From a virus (Duplodnaviria > Caudoviricetes), in IMG/VR virus record IMGVR_UViG_2588253758_000006: DNA of 64,000 bases. The stretch is one strand, 5' to 3'. The notes beneath the pieces were generated by a model. It saw only the letters and a program-made list of their open reading frames with translations, did not search any database and was not told where the DNA came from. Numbering within the stretch: the stretch's first letter is position 1; every line of letters begins with the position of its first letter. This document shows, piece after piece, positions 31,701-42,400 of this stretch. The position numbers were made by a program, and so were the translations under genes.

Positions 31701-32902
31701 GTGTTATGTTAATTTTGATATGGCGTAAATTATTTTTATCTTTGTGATAAATATAGCCTACAATGATTCGTTACACTATCAAATTATCGGCAGCGGAGGT
31801 TGCCGAGCTTCAGACAATAATAAAAAAGGGAAGCCATAGTGCTCATTCTTTTCGTGTTGCTCATATTTTATTGAGTTGCGACAAGGGAGAATTTTCTGAC
31901 AATAAAGGGATTACCAATGAGAGTATTTGTAAGGTTTTGAAGATTGGAGCAAGGACAATCGACAGAGTTAAGAAACGATTTGTCGAAGAAGGCTTTGAGG
32001 AGGTACTCGAACGTCGCCCTTCGGGTCAGCTCTATCAGAAAAAAGTAGATGGTGATTTAGAAGCCAAGATAGTAGCATTGTGTTGTAGCGAACCGCCAGC
32101 AGGATTTTCCAAATGGTCTTTGCGAATGCTTTCTAATAAAGTTGTTGAATTGCAGTATGTTGATTACATTTCACACGTTAGTGTGTCTAATGTATTAAAA
32201 AAAACGAACTTAAGCCTTGGAAAGTAAAGGGGTGGGTGATTCCGCCTGAGCAGAGTGCTAATTTTGTGGCTAATATGGAGCGAGTGTTGGATGTTTATAA
32301 GCAGCCCTATAATGAAGAGTATCCGGTTGTTTGTATGGACGAGTCGCCAAAGCAGCTAATTGAAGAAGTTGCATCAATTCCAATGAAACCGGGGCAGGAT
32401 GCAAGAGTAGATTATGAATACATTAGGCACGGAACGGTAAATATATTCATTGCCAATGAACCCCTTACAGGTAGGAGAATAGTGGATGTTACGGATTTTA
32501 AGACAAAAGCAGATTGGGCAAAATTCATCAAGAAAATATCTGATGAATATCCCACTGCCAAGAAGATAAAATTGGTTATGGATAACTTCAAAACTCACGA
32601 TGGTTCTGCTTTTTATGAGATTTTTCCACCTGAGCAGGCAAAGGAGTTATGGGATAGATTTGAGTTTATTTTAACTCCCAAGCACGGCAGTTGGTTGAAT
32701 ATGGCAGAGATAGAGTTACACGTGCTCAATGGTCAGTGTTTGAATAGGCATATTCCTACCAAAGAAAAAGTTATCGCTGAGGTAGAAGCGTGGCAAAACC
32801 ATCGAAATAACGCAAACTTGAAAATTAACTGGCAATTTACAAATGAAGATGCAAGAATAAAACTCAAAAAATTATATCCGTCAATTCAAAATTAATATAA
32901 CA
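31701..32902 (+). mobile_element. IS630-family element
   Basis: IRs GTGTTATGTTAATTTTGA / TCAAAATTAATATAACAC; TA duplication (CTAG target). Confidence 0.93.
31763..32895 (+). CDS. IS630 transposase in two frames (31763-32227, 32236-32895), -1 frameshift
   Basis: A8C at 32197-32205 gives LKKNELKPW; CMDE, MDNFKTH and WLNMAE DDE motifs. Confidence 0.9.
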
Positions 32903-33346
32903 CTAGCTCCATATCCAAAAAATCGAGCAAGTACTCCATTGAACCCATTATCTGGAGTTCAAATTCTACTGCATCTTTTGTTTTGAAGTGGTTTCGGAGC
33001 AGATTTTTCACTTGCAATCTGAAATAGCCTAAACTCCGCAGCCCATCCAGATCGGTTTGCCATTTGTCACTAAACTCTTCGAGCATATGAACACACTCGC
33101 ATTGCAACTCAATGAACGCTTTGTAATCACTGATTTTCGTCTCAATGGTTTCAGTTAGTTTGTCTACAAACTGGTCAATGGTCTTTTTTTTTCCATAAAA
33201 CTTTTGCTGTATTTAATTATTTAACTTTTTTGATTCATCGCCCCCATTTTGCTATGAGTCAATGTTATCGAATACAAAGTTAATAAATGAAGCAAAAACA
33301 GTAAAATGTTGTTAATGGTTTTTTTCGTCGTATCTATGAATATTTT

Positions 33347-34172
33347 GGTAGTGTTGCGAATTAGCTGAATTATGTTTATCTTTGAGGTATAAAACTCGGA
33401 GAAAATGAGACACGTAAAAGTAGTTAGCTGCCCATTTTGCGGTAGCGAAGATTTACAGAAGAATGGACATAGCCCCAATGGCACTCAAAGGTGGAAATGT
33501 AAGACTTGCGGGAAGTTTTTTCAGCTATCTTTTAAGAACAAAGGGCGCCTGCCAGACGTAAAAAGGACGATAATCACAATGATCACCAATGGGAGTGGAA
33601 TACGTGATACAGCAAGAGTTTTAGGGATAAGTCCTCACACGGTAATAGGTGAGGTTAAAAAAAACTCCAAGCGAAATTAACCCCTATTTATTAGACAAGG
33701 TTGAGGCAGGCTTACTCAGGGAGCTTGATGTTGAAATAGCTTATAATGTTGAAATGGACGAATTTTGGAGTTTTGTAGGCAACAAGAAAAATCGTCGTTG
33801 GACTTGGTACGCCATCGACCGCAGCAGCGGATTAGTAGTAGCTTGGCAGAACGGCAAGCGTGATAACGAAACCTGTAAAAAGTTGCTTGATAAAATGAAA
33901 TGTTTCCCAATAAATAGGTATTTTACTGATGATTGGGAGTCTTATTCAAGTCTGTTACCTGCGGGCAAACACGTTATCAGTAAGGCTTACACTTGGAAAA
34001 TTGAGCGATTGAATTTAACATTTAGAACGCACCTGAAAAGGCTTTGCCGAAAGACAATTTGTTTCTCAAAAAGCGAGCAAGTGCACGACAAACTGATAGG
34101 AATATACATCGAAAACAACCTCTACCAAAGAACACCATAAATATACCAATTCAGCTAATTTGAAACACTACC
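33347..34172 (+). mobile_element. IS1-family element (826 bp)
   Basis: IRs GGTAGTGTTGCGAATTAGCTGAATT / GGTAGTGTTTCAAATTAGCTGAATT; 8-bp TSD AATATTTT. Confidence 0.95.
33405..34140 (+). CDS. IS1 transposase InsA (33405-33680) / InsB (33649-34140), -1 frameshift
   Basis: CPFC...CKTC zinc finger, GIRDTARVL HTH, DEFWSFV, TDDW, IERLN; A8C at 33657-33665. Confidence 0.92.
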
Positions 34173-34298
34173 AATATTTTTATATCGAAAGGAATAAAAG
34201 ATGCAACTATCATTTGCACAATAAAGCTTTTCATTGAAAATAATTTTCATTTTGAAGGTATATTGAGTCTTGTGCTGTACGGTGAAAACCGTCACTTT

Positions 34299-35120
34299 TT
34301 ACGCAAATTTGACCATATCAGCCAACTGCACGAAATAGTCATTTGACCAAATTTCTAATGCTTTGCGGTCTTTGATAAACGGCTCTACATCTCGTTTGAC
34401 TACCTTTATATCTGCCGTGAGTAGTTTTTCTTTGAGCTGCACCATAAAATCCTCACGGCTCATCTCCACGCCATTGAACTGACGTATTCGCTCTTGCAAA
34501 TGGTTAAAATCAAGAGCAATACCCTTTTTTACATACCACTCGAAGTCGTACCAATCACGCCCCTTTATTCGGTTTTTCCACGCTCTGAAAACCAATGCGT
34601 GCATCTTACCAGCATAGAGGTCGGGGAGTGTAAAACATCGTGTCATAAACGAAAATGGATAGAGCAACAGTTTTTGCTCGGTGCTAAATTCGAGAGGAGG
34701 ATTGACATCCACCTCAATTTTTATCTTGATACTCTTTTGGTTCGGCAAGGCGACATCATACGTCTGAGTGTCGTTTTTCAAGAAAGCAGACTCAATGTTT
34801 GAGAAGTTTTTTTTATCCTTTTTGGTTATCTCAACCTGTTTCCCAGCGGCTTTGAACTCCTCGATAATTGCCGGGAAATAATCCTCCAGATAAAAACTCT
34901 CGTTATTTGCGACAAGCGAAAAATCCAAATCTTCCGAGAAACGCTCCAAAGAGTGAAATATCCTCAAACAGGTGCCGCCATAGAAGGCTGCCTTGTCAAA
35001 GAAGCCACCACGATAAAGCCCTGCCAGCGTAATCTCCTGCATCACTTCGTATGTTGCGTTTTGCAGGTCGTTATCCGTTAGAATCTGATAACGAGACAAC
35101 ATTTGGTCAAATATATTCAT
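34299..35120 (-). CDS. abiEii: AbiEii-family nucleotidyltransferase toxin (type IV TA / abortive infection)
   Basis: FYGGTCLR, RFSEDLDF, GKMHAL and KGRDWYD motifs. Confidence 0.9.
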   Translation of the reverse strand: MNIFDQMLSRYQILTDNDLQNATYEVMQEITLAGLYRGGFFDKAAFYGGTCLRIFHSLERFSEDLDFSLVANNESFYLEDYFPAIIEEFKAAGKQVEITKKDKKNFSNIESAFLKNDTQTYDVALPNQKSIKIKIEVDVNPPLEFSTEQKLLLYPFSFMTRCFTLPDLYAGKMHALVFRAWKNRIKGRDWYDFEWYVKKGIALDFNHLQERIRQFNGVEMSREDFMVQLKEKLLTADIKVVKRDVEPFIKDRKALEIWSNDYFVQLADMVKFA

Positions 35121-35121
35121 C

Positions 35122-35739
35122 TTACAGTAGTTTTAGTAGGTTGTTAATCTCATTTTTCTTTCTGCCATTCTCGGCACACTCTCTCAGTATTTCGACATCC
35201 ATCTTGTAGAACCCGTCCATATCTAAACGCAAATCCTCTTCTAAAAACAATCGGAGCGACTTCACAAAACGAGGGCGTAATTTTGGCGTATAGGCAATTA
35301 GGTCGCACAACGCTTTTTCGGGCGATGCCATCAAGAACGAGCATTTATCATTGCTTTCAAGATTAATCCCTGTCGAATAATAATTCGGTTCGCAAAGCGT
35401 ATAATCAAATCGACCTATTGCGTTCTCAAAACTTCTGGAACGCTTAGTGGTCATCGACTTTACTACATATACACTTTCGGGAATAAGCCCATAGTAACGC
35501 AGGGCACTCTCCATCGAGACATAAGATGGACCATAGATGTGGTTTGCTATCAGCTCACGTTGCAGCAACTCCCCCGACACTTCGGGCGAGAGCACATAAA
35601 GCCCACGTTTGAGACGCAGGATTTGCCCCTGCTTTTCAAGACTGGCTATCTTATGACGTGGTGCACTGTAATCGGATAAAAACGACTCCAAAACAGCGTA
35701 ATCCACCGGAATGGCTCCAAGTTGAGATAAGTTTTTCAT
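35122..35739 (-). CDS. abiEi: AbiEi-family antitoxin
   Basis: RLKRGLY, PSYVSMESALRYYGLIPE and ASPEKALCD motifs; directly upstream of abiEii. Confidence 0.88.
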   Translation of the reverse strand: MKNLSQLGAIPVDYAVLESFLSDYSAPRHKIASLEKQGQILRLKRGLYVLSPEVSGELLQRELIANHIYGPSYVSMESALRYYGLIPESVYVVKSMTTKRSRSFENAIGRFDYTLCEPNYYSTGINLESNDKCSFLMASPEKALCDLIAYTPKLRPRFVKSLRLFLEEDLRLDMDGFYKMDVEILRECAENGRKKNEINNLLKLL

Positions 35740-35845
35740 ATAATCACTATTTATACTATGCAAATATAGTCATTATTTACATAGTTATTCCGTTTTATCT
35801 TCATTTTCTATGCAAATTATGACGTTTTTGTTTTAGGATAGCTTT

Positions 35846-35897
35846 TTAGTGCAAGGTGCAGGGCTACATATATATGTAGCCCTGCACCTTGCACTAA
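35846..35897. repeat. Perfect 52-bp palindrome
   Basis: TTAGTGCAAGGTGCAGGGCTACATAT|ATATGTAGCCCTGCACCTTGCACTAA. Confidence 0.95.
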
Positions 35898-36096
35898 GCT
35901 CGAAAAGATTATTGCTCTGATATTTGGTAGATTGAATTGTAATGATTACTTTTGAACCCAAGAGCTATTTACTCCGCCTTGGACAGAAAGTGGACAAAGA
36001 ATGACACTAAAAATCGTTACAAATTCGTTACAGAACACTCAAAGACGAATGTGTAACATATTGATAATACGTTGGTTGAGGTGCAAGGTTCACAGA

Positions 36097-36109
36097 CCTC
36101 TCTCTCCGC
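36097..36109 (+). other. att core (tRNA-Ser 3'-end repeat), left boundary of the NBU2-like element
   Basis: CCTCTCTCTCCGC, repeated at 55028-55040; TACACCAAAA arm repeats at 36143 and 36155. Confidence 0.88.
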
Positions 36110-36205
36110 AAACAACACTGAAAATCAGCAAGTTGTATGGGTTACACCAAAATCTACACCAAAAAGTGGATTTTGGTGTTTTCTTTTTGAAGCCCCCGAA
36201 TGTTT

Positions 36206-36907
36206 TTATTCATAATGTGATCTACATCTATGAATTATTCCTTTCCCTTGATTTAGAGAATAAGTGACCCTATCAACATGATTAATTCTTTTAGACGCAA
36301 CCCCATTTTGATGCCTAAGCACCTCTGTTTGCCCCAGTCCTCCTGTAAACGGGTTTGCCTTAATGTCATCTATTAATTCAATTACCCTGCTAAGTATTGT
36401 TTTATCTGAGTTCTGCCAATATTCTATATCCTCCAATGCACTCGCCTCGAAAGTATATTCAGTATATAAATTTCTTACACACATCTTAATATGCTGCTTA
36501 TCTCCGTTTATGAGAGTTTTTTTATAAAATACATTCTTAGCTCTCGTGCATAATTCACAATTTGTTATTTGTCTTAGTGGATCAATATCACTTGAAGATG
36601 AAAAATCAACACCCATAAATCCAACATTTTCCAATGGATAATATTTCTCAAACTCAGTATCGTTTACTATGTCGATTTCGTTAGGAGAGCATTGTTCAAT
36701 ATATTTTAATACGCTGTTCACCTCCGAATATTCAGCACTTAGAAGTTCAAGATATAATGGATTTAGATATATAGATTCGTGTTTTAGGATAGTATCATAT
36801 TTGTCATTTTTTGATGATGCGTAATTCAATTTTTCCAGTCCATTTTTATATATTGCAAAATCGGCAACTAATAAAGATGTAGTATGCAAAAAATATTTTT
36901 TATTCAT
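36206..36907 (-). CDS. Effector with C-terminal YoeB/Txe (RelE-fold) ribonuclease domain (Menshen NsnC position)
   Basis: ALEDIEYWQNSDK...LIDDIKANPFTGGLGQTEVLRH...SKRINHVDRVTY...CRSHY aligns by eye with YoeB; about 150-aa extra N-terminal domain. Confidence 0.85.
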   Translation of the reverse strand: MNKKYFLHTTSLLVADFAIYKNGLEKLNYASSKNDKYDTILKHESIYLNPLYLELLSAEYSEVNSVLKYIEQCSPNEIDIVNDTEFEKYYPLENVGFMGVDFSSSSDIDPLRQITNCELCTRAKNVFYKKTLINGDKQHIKMCVRNLYTEYTFEASALEDIEYWQNSDKTILSRVIELIDDIKANPFTGGLGQTEVLRHQNGVASKRINHVDRVTYSLNQGKGIIHRCRSHYE

Positions 36908-38081
36908 TGTGTCTTAATCTAAATAGTTCGGCAAAGTCAATTTGTGTTTGGTCAAAGAAACCTTTTGGCCAATTCGTTAGCTCTCCTTTCTTGGTAATAG
37001 ATATTTCTTCAATCTTCGGCTGAGGGAATTCTGAACTTGTATCTCGCTCGCTAAAGTGGTTTATTGAAACAAGTTCATTGTTTATTTTGCCTTGAGCCGT
37101 AGCAATTTGGATACCATTAATTACGTGATCACTGTGTGTCTCGACAATTACTTTAACCCCTGATTGTGCAATTCTCGCTAAAAATTGCCCGATTCTTGAT
37201 TGAGCAGAAGGATGTAGATGTGCTTCAGGATTTTCAACAATCATAATAGTCCCTTTTCTAGCAATTAACCCTGTAACAACAATAGGTAAAACATAACTAA
37301 TACCGAAACCGATATTTGTTGCTATAACTTTTTTTCCATTTGTGTAAGAATTCCCAACCAATATCTGTGCTGTCTGTGTTTGCATATCTTGCCTTGCATC
37401 AATGGTTATTCCTGGCATTAAATATTGCATCCAGTCCTGTGTCTGCTTCAATAGCTGTTTGTTTGTATCATTAATATCAAATAATCTTTCATTTTCAACC
37501 AATATCTCTGTTTTTAGTTCATTCTTAAAGCCGTATTCATCGAGAATTTGAGCTGTATATTCACCCTGCCATCCAACATTAGGATAATCGTGAGATTTCA
37601 CTTTTTGTGCAATGCGTGGTCCTATTCTTTCTGCATTTAAGTAATACCATTCCTTTTCAAAAAGCGGTAATGTTCTGTAATCTCCTTGTTGGTTTCTGTT
37701 TTTTTCGTCTCCAATCTTAATCCACAGTAGTGATCTACTGTCATCTAAAGGATATGATAAACGAAACATATTGTTCTTCTCGACCATTTCAAGTTGAAGC
37801 TCGCTTTTCAATCCAACATTAGTAGGAGTAATATCGTTTGATCTACCTAATGAGAGGCAATAAGAATGATTTAACTCAATGTTTAAGTTGTAATCAATTG
37901 ATCCTGAATATTTATCAACTAACCATTTTGCATTATGCTCAATCGTCGCGCGGAATAATAATAATGCTTGAATTACAGAGCTTTTGCCATAGCCGTTTGC
38001 TCCAGCCAATAATGTAAGTCCATTAATGTTAATTGATGCATTATAAAAGCATTTAAAATTCTTTATATTAAATTTTATCAT
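36900..38081 (-). CDS. ABC/AAA_15-type ATPase with DUF3696 C-terminus (Menshen NsnB-like)
   Basis: GANGYGKS, IGFG, ENPEAHLHP, ETHS and WPKGFFDQ motifs. Confidence 0.9.
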   Translation of the reverse strand: MIKFNIKNFKCFYNASININGLTLLAGANGYGKSSVIQALLLFRATIEHNAKWLVDKYSGSIDYNLNIELNHSYCLSLGRSNDITPTNVGLKSELQLEMVEKNNMFRLSYPLDDSRSLLWIKIGDEKNRNQQGDYRTLPLFEKEWYYLNAERIGPRIAQKVKSHDYPNVGWQGEYTAQILDEYGFKNELKTEILVENERLFDINDTNKQLLKQTQDWMQYLMPGITIDARQDMQTQTAQILVGNSYTNGKKVIATNIGFGISYVLPIVVTGLIARKGTIMIVENPEAHLHPSAQSRIGQFLARIAQSGVKVIVETHSDHVINGIQIATAQGKINNELVSINHFSERDTSSEFPQPKIEEISITKKGELTNWPKGFFDQTQIDFAELFRLRHNE

Positions 38082-39442
38082 ATCGATAAATGTTCTTTAA
38101 TTATATTACTCACTGAATAAAACACATACTCTAGATTGGCTCTACCGTTTGTTCCGTATGATAAATAATACATCAGTTCACTATTCTGTTCTAACTTTTT
38201 CACGAAGATAGGAAGAAGATAATTCTGTGGATATTTTTGCGTTATTACTTCATATGGAATATCAGCAAGTAGTACTGACCATGCAACAAATAGTGCCTTA
38301 TTGAAAAGTTGCTTTCTTGTATCATCGCCAATATGCTCATTCTTAACCTTTCTGAAAGCATATTTACTATCAAAAAGGTATTCTGCATTTTTCATTGCAT
38401 TAGTAAATAGTTTTATGACTCTTTCGTGAGTTACACTATCAATTGTGAAATAAGTTTCTGTCGCATCATCAAGAAAGGCTTCCATATATCCATGGTACGA
38501 AGATTTAAGAGTGGAATCTTTCTTGTATGCATCGTAAAAAATAATAAAACGCAATGCAACTTCCTGATCTTCCATTCTATCGGGCTTGACACTTTTATCA
38601 GTAGCAGATTTAAATTCGCTCAAAGCAGTCATTTCGTTGAGTAAATTTCTAAGGTATCTAGATGCTAGGCAGTTTCGTATTTCTTGATTTTTAAGAGGAC
38701 GACCACCTGTATTTATACGTCTGAATATATCGTATTTGACTTTAAAAGGGGAAGCAGGGTCAATAACATTTACAGCAAATTGAGTCATGTTAAACCATCT
38801 GTAATATTTAGGATCAATACCCTTTTGCCCCTTCGATTCGTCTGTTTTGTAATATCGACCCTTAACGCCTTCATCTAAATATTCAAGGTGCTTCAATGGA
38901 AATTCATTATTCATAAACTCCTTTATGGTTGTCAAACGTTGCAAACCATCAACAATAGTCAACCTTCCTTCTGTATCTTCAGCTAAGTAAAACATAGGAA
39001 GAGGTATTCTGAGTAATAATGATTCAATGAGTTTAGATTTTTGCACGGAATTCCAAACAAAATGACGTTGAAAGTCTGGCGTAAAATCGATGTCCTTATT
39101 ATCGATCATCTCTTCGATAAATTTAATGCTAAATTGCTTTTGGTGTACCTTTATTAGCTCTGGGTCATATGGAGTAATCTCAGGCTTTGACTCAAATTCA
39201 TTATTTTCAATACCTGATTGTTCACTTTCAACAATTTGAACAGCAAGCATATCAAGTTTGCCAGACAAGTCAGTCTGCCTGGGATCGATATTCATAAAAT
39301 CCACAACCTCCAAATGAGAGCCGACTAATTTTAATGCCATTTGGATTTTATTCTCACTATCAACCAACTCGTATAAACACTGGTTGTTGTTAATTGGAGT
39401 CAAAAAAACATCTTCTCCTGTATTTAATTTTAGTTCTATCAT
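38078..39442 (-). CDS. DUF262 (ParB-like) protein (Menshen NsnA-like)
   Basis: PDFQRHFVW, VDGLQRLTT and FRRINTGG motifs. Confidence 0.9.
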   Translation of the reverse strand: MIELKLNTGEDVFLTPINNNQCLYELVDSENKIQMALKLVGSHLEVVDFMNIDPRQTDLSGKLDMLAVQIVESEQSGIENNEFESKPEITPYDPELIKVHQKQFSIKFIEEMIDNKDIDFTPDFQRHFVWNSVQKSKLIESLLLRIPLPMFYLAEDTEGRLTIVDGLQRLTTIKEFMNNEFPLKHLEYLDEGVKGRYYKTDESKGQKGIDPKYYRWFNMTQFAVNVIDPASPFKVKYDIFRRINTGGRPLKNQEIRNCLASRYLRNLLNEMTALSEFKSATDKSVKPDRMEDQEVALRFIIFYDAYKKDSTLKSSYHGYMEAFLDDATETYFTIDSVTHERVIKLFTNAMKNAEYLFDSKYAFRKVKNEHIGDDTRKQLFNKALFVAWSVLLADIPYEVITQKYPQNYLLPIFVKKLEQNSELMYYLSYGTNGRANLEYVFYSVSNIIKEHLSI

Positions 39443-39476
39443 AACGTTCTGAATATTTAATATTACTTTGACTGTT

Positions 39477-42400
39477 TTACTCCATTGGTTTAATCATTGA
39501 TTCGATGAAGGCGATTTCGTCTTCGGTTAAGCCGTATTTGGCGTATAGTTGCTTGTCTATCTCTGTTGTTGATTTGCTCCAATCAATGTCTGATTTTTCT
39601 GTAAAATCTTGAAGAGGTACAAGTCGATATGTTTTACTAGTTCCGTGTTGGCTCATTTTTGCTAAACTGTGTAGAAAACGAGCAAACTTAGAACGAAGAT
39701 ACATTGATAGGTTTTGGCTTGAGATCTCATCCAACGACAATTCTGCACCAACAACTAAAAAAGTTTCAGTACAAATAGTTCTTGGCTTTCCTACAAAAGA
39801 ATTCTGATTATCATCGTTTAGTTCCGTACCAATATTATTAGATTCGGACACATAAACCTTCCATAAATCAATCCATTCTTTATGAGAACGTATTTCTGCT
39901 TCATCTACATACCCAATGGAACCACCTCTTCCATAACACATCACAGGGTTTGTCAACCCTTCTTCATTCGCTCTAAATTTCTCATCGTTAATAAAGAATG
40001 TCCTAAACCCAAAAGCCTTAGCGGCAGATACGTAGTTCGCTAAGCTTTCATTATTTGAATTCGGATTTACTTTATCCATTATAGAAAGAGCTATCCCGTG
40101 CCGAATAAATGTTCCTGCATTTTCTGTTTTTAAGGAACGCATAATAGAAATAGGTTGCATATTCGATTGATGAGTGATAACCTTTGTTAAAGATTCTCTA
40201 TTATCATATTTCTCACTCCACAAGAAAAAGCATAAACCGCCTCTGATGTTGGTATTAGGAAACACATCCTCAGGATTAAGAAAATCGTGAAGCAATGATA
40301 TATGCTTGTCGTTAAGCATATTTTCTCTAAACTCGTCTAAACCTTTGCCTCCGGCATACCACCTTGAAGGCATAATCATAGATATATATGATGGTTTGAT
40401 TTTTTTAGCTATATCAACAAACTTATCATATATAGGTTTTGCGCTTGCTTGTGCCCCTCCATCCATTACTTGATACGGCGGATTTCCTACGATTGCTTTG
40501 AATTTCATATTATTATTTTCGTTTGCTTTCCAATAAGATTTGCCTTGTGAAACTTTCTCAACAAAGGCAGTTGATTTATTAGTGATTTGGTTGATAAGGT
40601 CTTCGAAATACCTCGCATTGACCTTTGCTTTGCGAAAGCCCACAAGAGTACGTTTGGTGATACTCTTTGCCATAGGGGTTTTGCAAAGTACGAAGATGTT
40701 TTCATTCAACACCTTATCCCATATCTTCAAATGGTGTTCGAGAGAATCACTTTCTGTTTTGTCGAAAAGGTCGGTTTGCTCGGCAAGTCGAGAACGATAA
40801 ACAGAGTAGGCGACATAGAGGGGATATAAACCCGTTTTAGAGTTGATTTCGAGAATCTTGGTATCAGAACCAAACACCTCGTCAGCAACACCTCCGTTGT
40901 CGGCAAAACGAGGCTTTGAAAGAGTATTCTCATACTTTTCGTCATAGAACACATAACCACCCATACATTCGCCCATATGCATATTGACAACTCGCCTCGG
41001 GGTCAACACTGTCTCCTTGTCGGGATTGCGGAAGGTAGAGAATATGTTTGTTATACGTTCGATACGCTCCTCAATATCGAGCGAGTCGGCAGCCTTTGCC
41101 ATAGCTCGAATACGTTTACCTGCTGCACAGAATATTTCTGGGTCGTAGTATTTCTTGAAACTATTAAAAGTTTGCTTATAAACACCCTTTGGCATAAACT
41201 CCTCCCACGATTGAGGGTCGATAAGTTCGGTGAAATTGTCGAGCGTTATGTCGGCTGTCTCGTCTTTAAGTTCGGCTCCATAGATAAGCAGAGGCATACG
41301 GATAGAGATGCCACGAAGAATGGAAACAGCCGTATCACGATTTTTGCGTTTCTTTACCTTATCTTCGAGTAGTTCTTTCTGCTCGTCGGTCAACTCCTTG
41401 CCTTTGCGTTTATCTTTCTCAGCTTGCCCCAACTGCTCGTACTCTTCATCGGCAAAGCCCTGATTGTTCATATCTATATCACCACTCTTAGGCATTGCCT
41501 TAGTCGAGCCAATAATCTTTTTTAGGTTGTCGAACTCTTGCAAATCTACGTCGGTGAGTTTCATCAAATCATCATTGTAGAGATAACCGTCCTCGAATCC
41601 ATTCTTAACCACTCTCTCAACGTATACCTTTTTGAGTTGTTCGAGCATACGAGGAACATCATAATCTCGCATCTGTGAACCATCGACTGCAATGATAGGG
41701 CAAAAGTTCAAAAACTCGCCCATAATCTTGCGGTCGTCGGTAGAGGTTTTACCTGCTTTTGCCGATATTTTAGCTGTTTCAGCAATAACCTTCAATGTGC
41801 GGTCGGGAGCAAAATCGAATACAAAACACTCTTCCTTGACCTTACCGCCTATAGTTGCAGGGGTTTGAACACGGAAGATAGTCTGCATATAACTTGATGC
41901 AGAGGTGTTAAATGAGCCTGAAAGCATCATCACGGCAGTCCACGGCTTAACAGAGACTCCTGTTGTCAATCGACCACAAGAAAGCGTGATTGTATATGTC
42001 TCCTCTGGTTTGTTGCCAATAGCATCTTCAACAGCTTTTAGAGCATCAGAGTATGATGCCTCTTCATCGCCATCACCTGCCACGTTGACTATAGTGAAAT
42101 GTTGGAAAACTGGGTGTTGTTGGAGCATCGCACTTAACGCACGTGCCTCCTTAACACCCGGAACCATCCACAACGAATGGCGGAAATTATCTCGATAAGC
42201 CTCGGTCGAGTATGGATAATTACTCTCCTTATCAGATTTTGTAATCAAATTCAGAAATGACAAAACATCGCTTCTATGTATAAAATTACCCGACTCATCG
42301 GTGCGGAAAAACTCTCTAAAGTTGAACGCCAACTCGCTATCAGCGAATTTTTCGATAAGTTTACCAAGATCGTATGTGTAGATATTTAGTCGAGGCAAAG

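Larger units (their letters stand above)
31321..33196 (-). pseudogene. RteC-domain regulator split by IS630 and out of frame at an A9 tract after the ATG
   Basis: FTWTDSKSDLIEIL...INRG resembles the RteC C-terminus; ...DMEL|GILETK... rejoins in frame across IS630. Confidence 0.75.

Noticed and set aside
35846-35897. Protelomerase (tel) site
   Set aside because: The size is similar, but no protelomerase-like gene is recognisable in the window
36001-36267. 88-aa ORF
   Set aside because: Spans the att junction and arm repeats and overlaps a convergent gene; likely spurious
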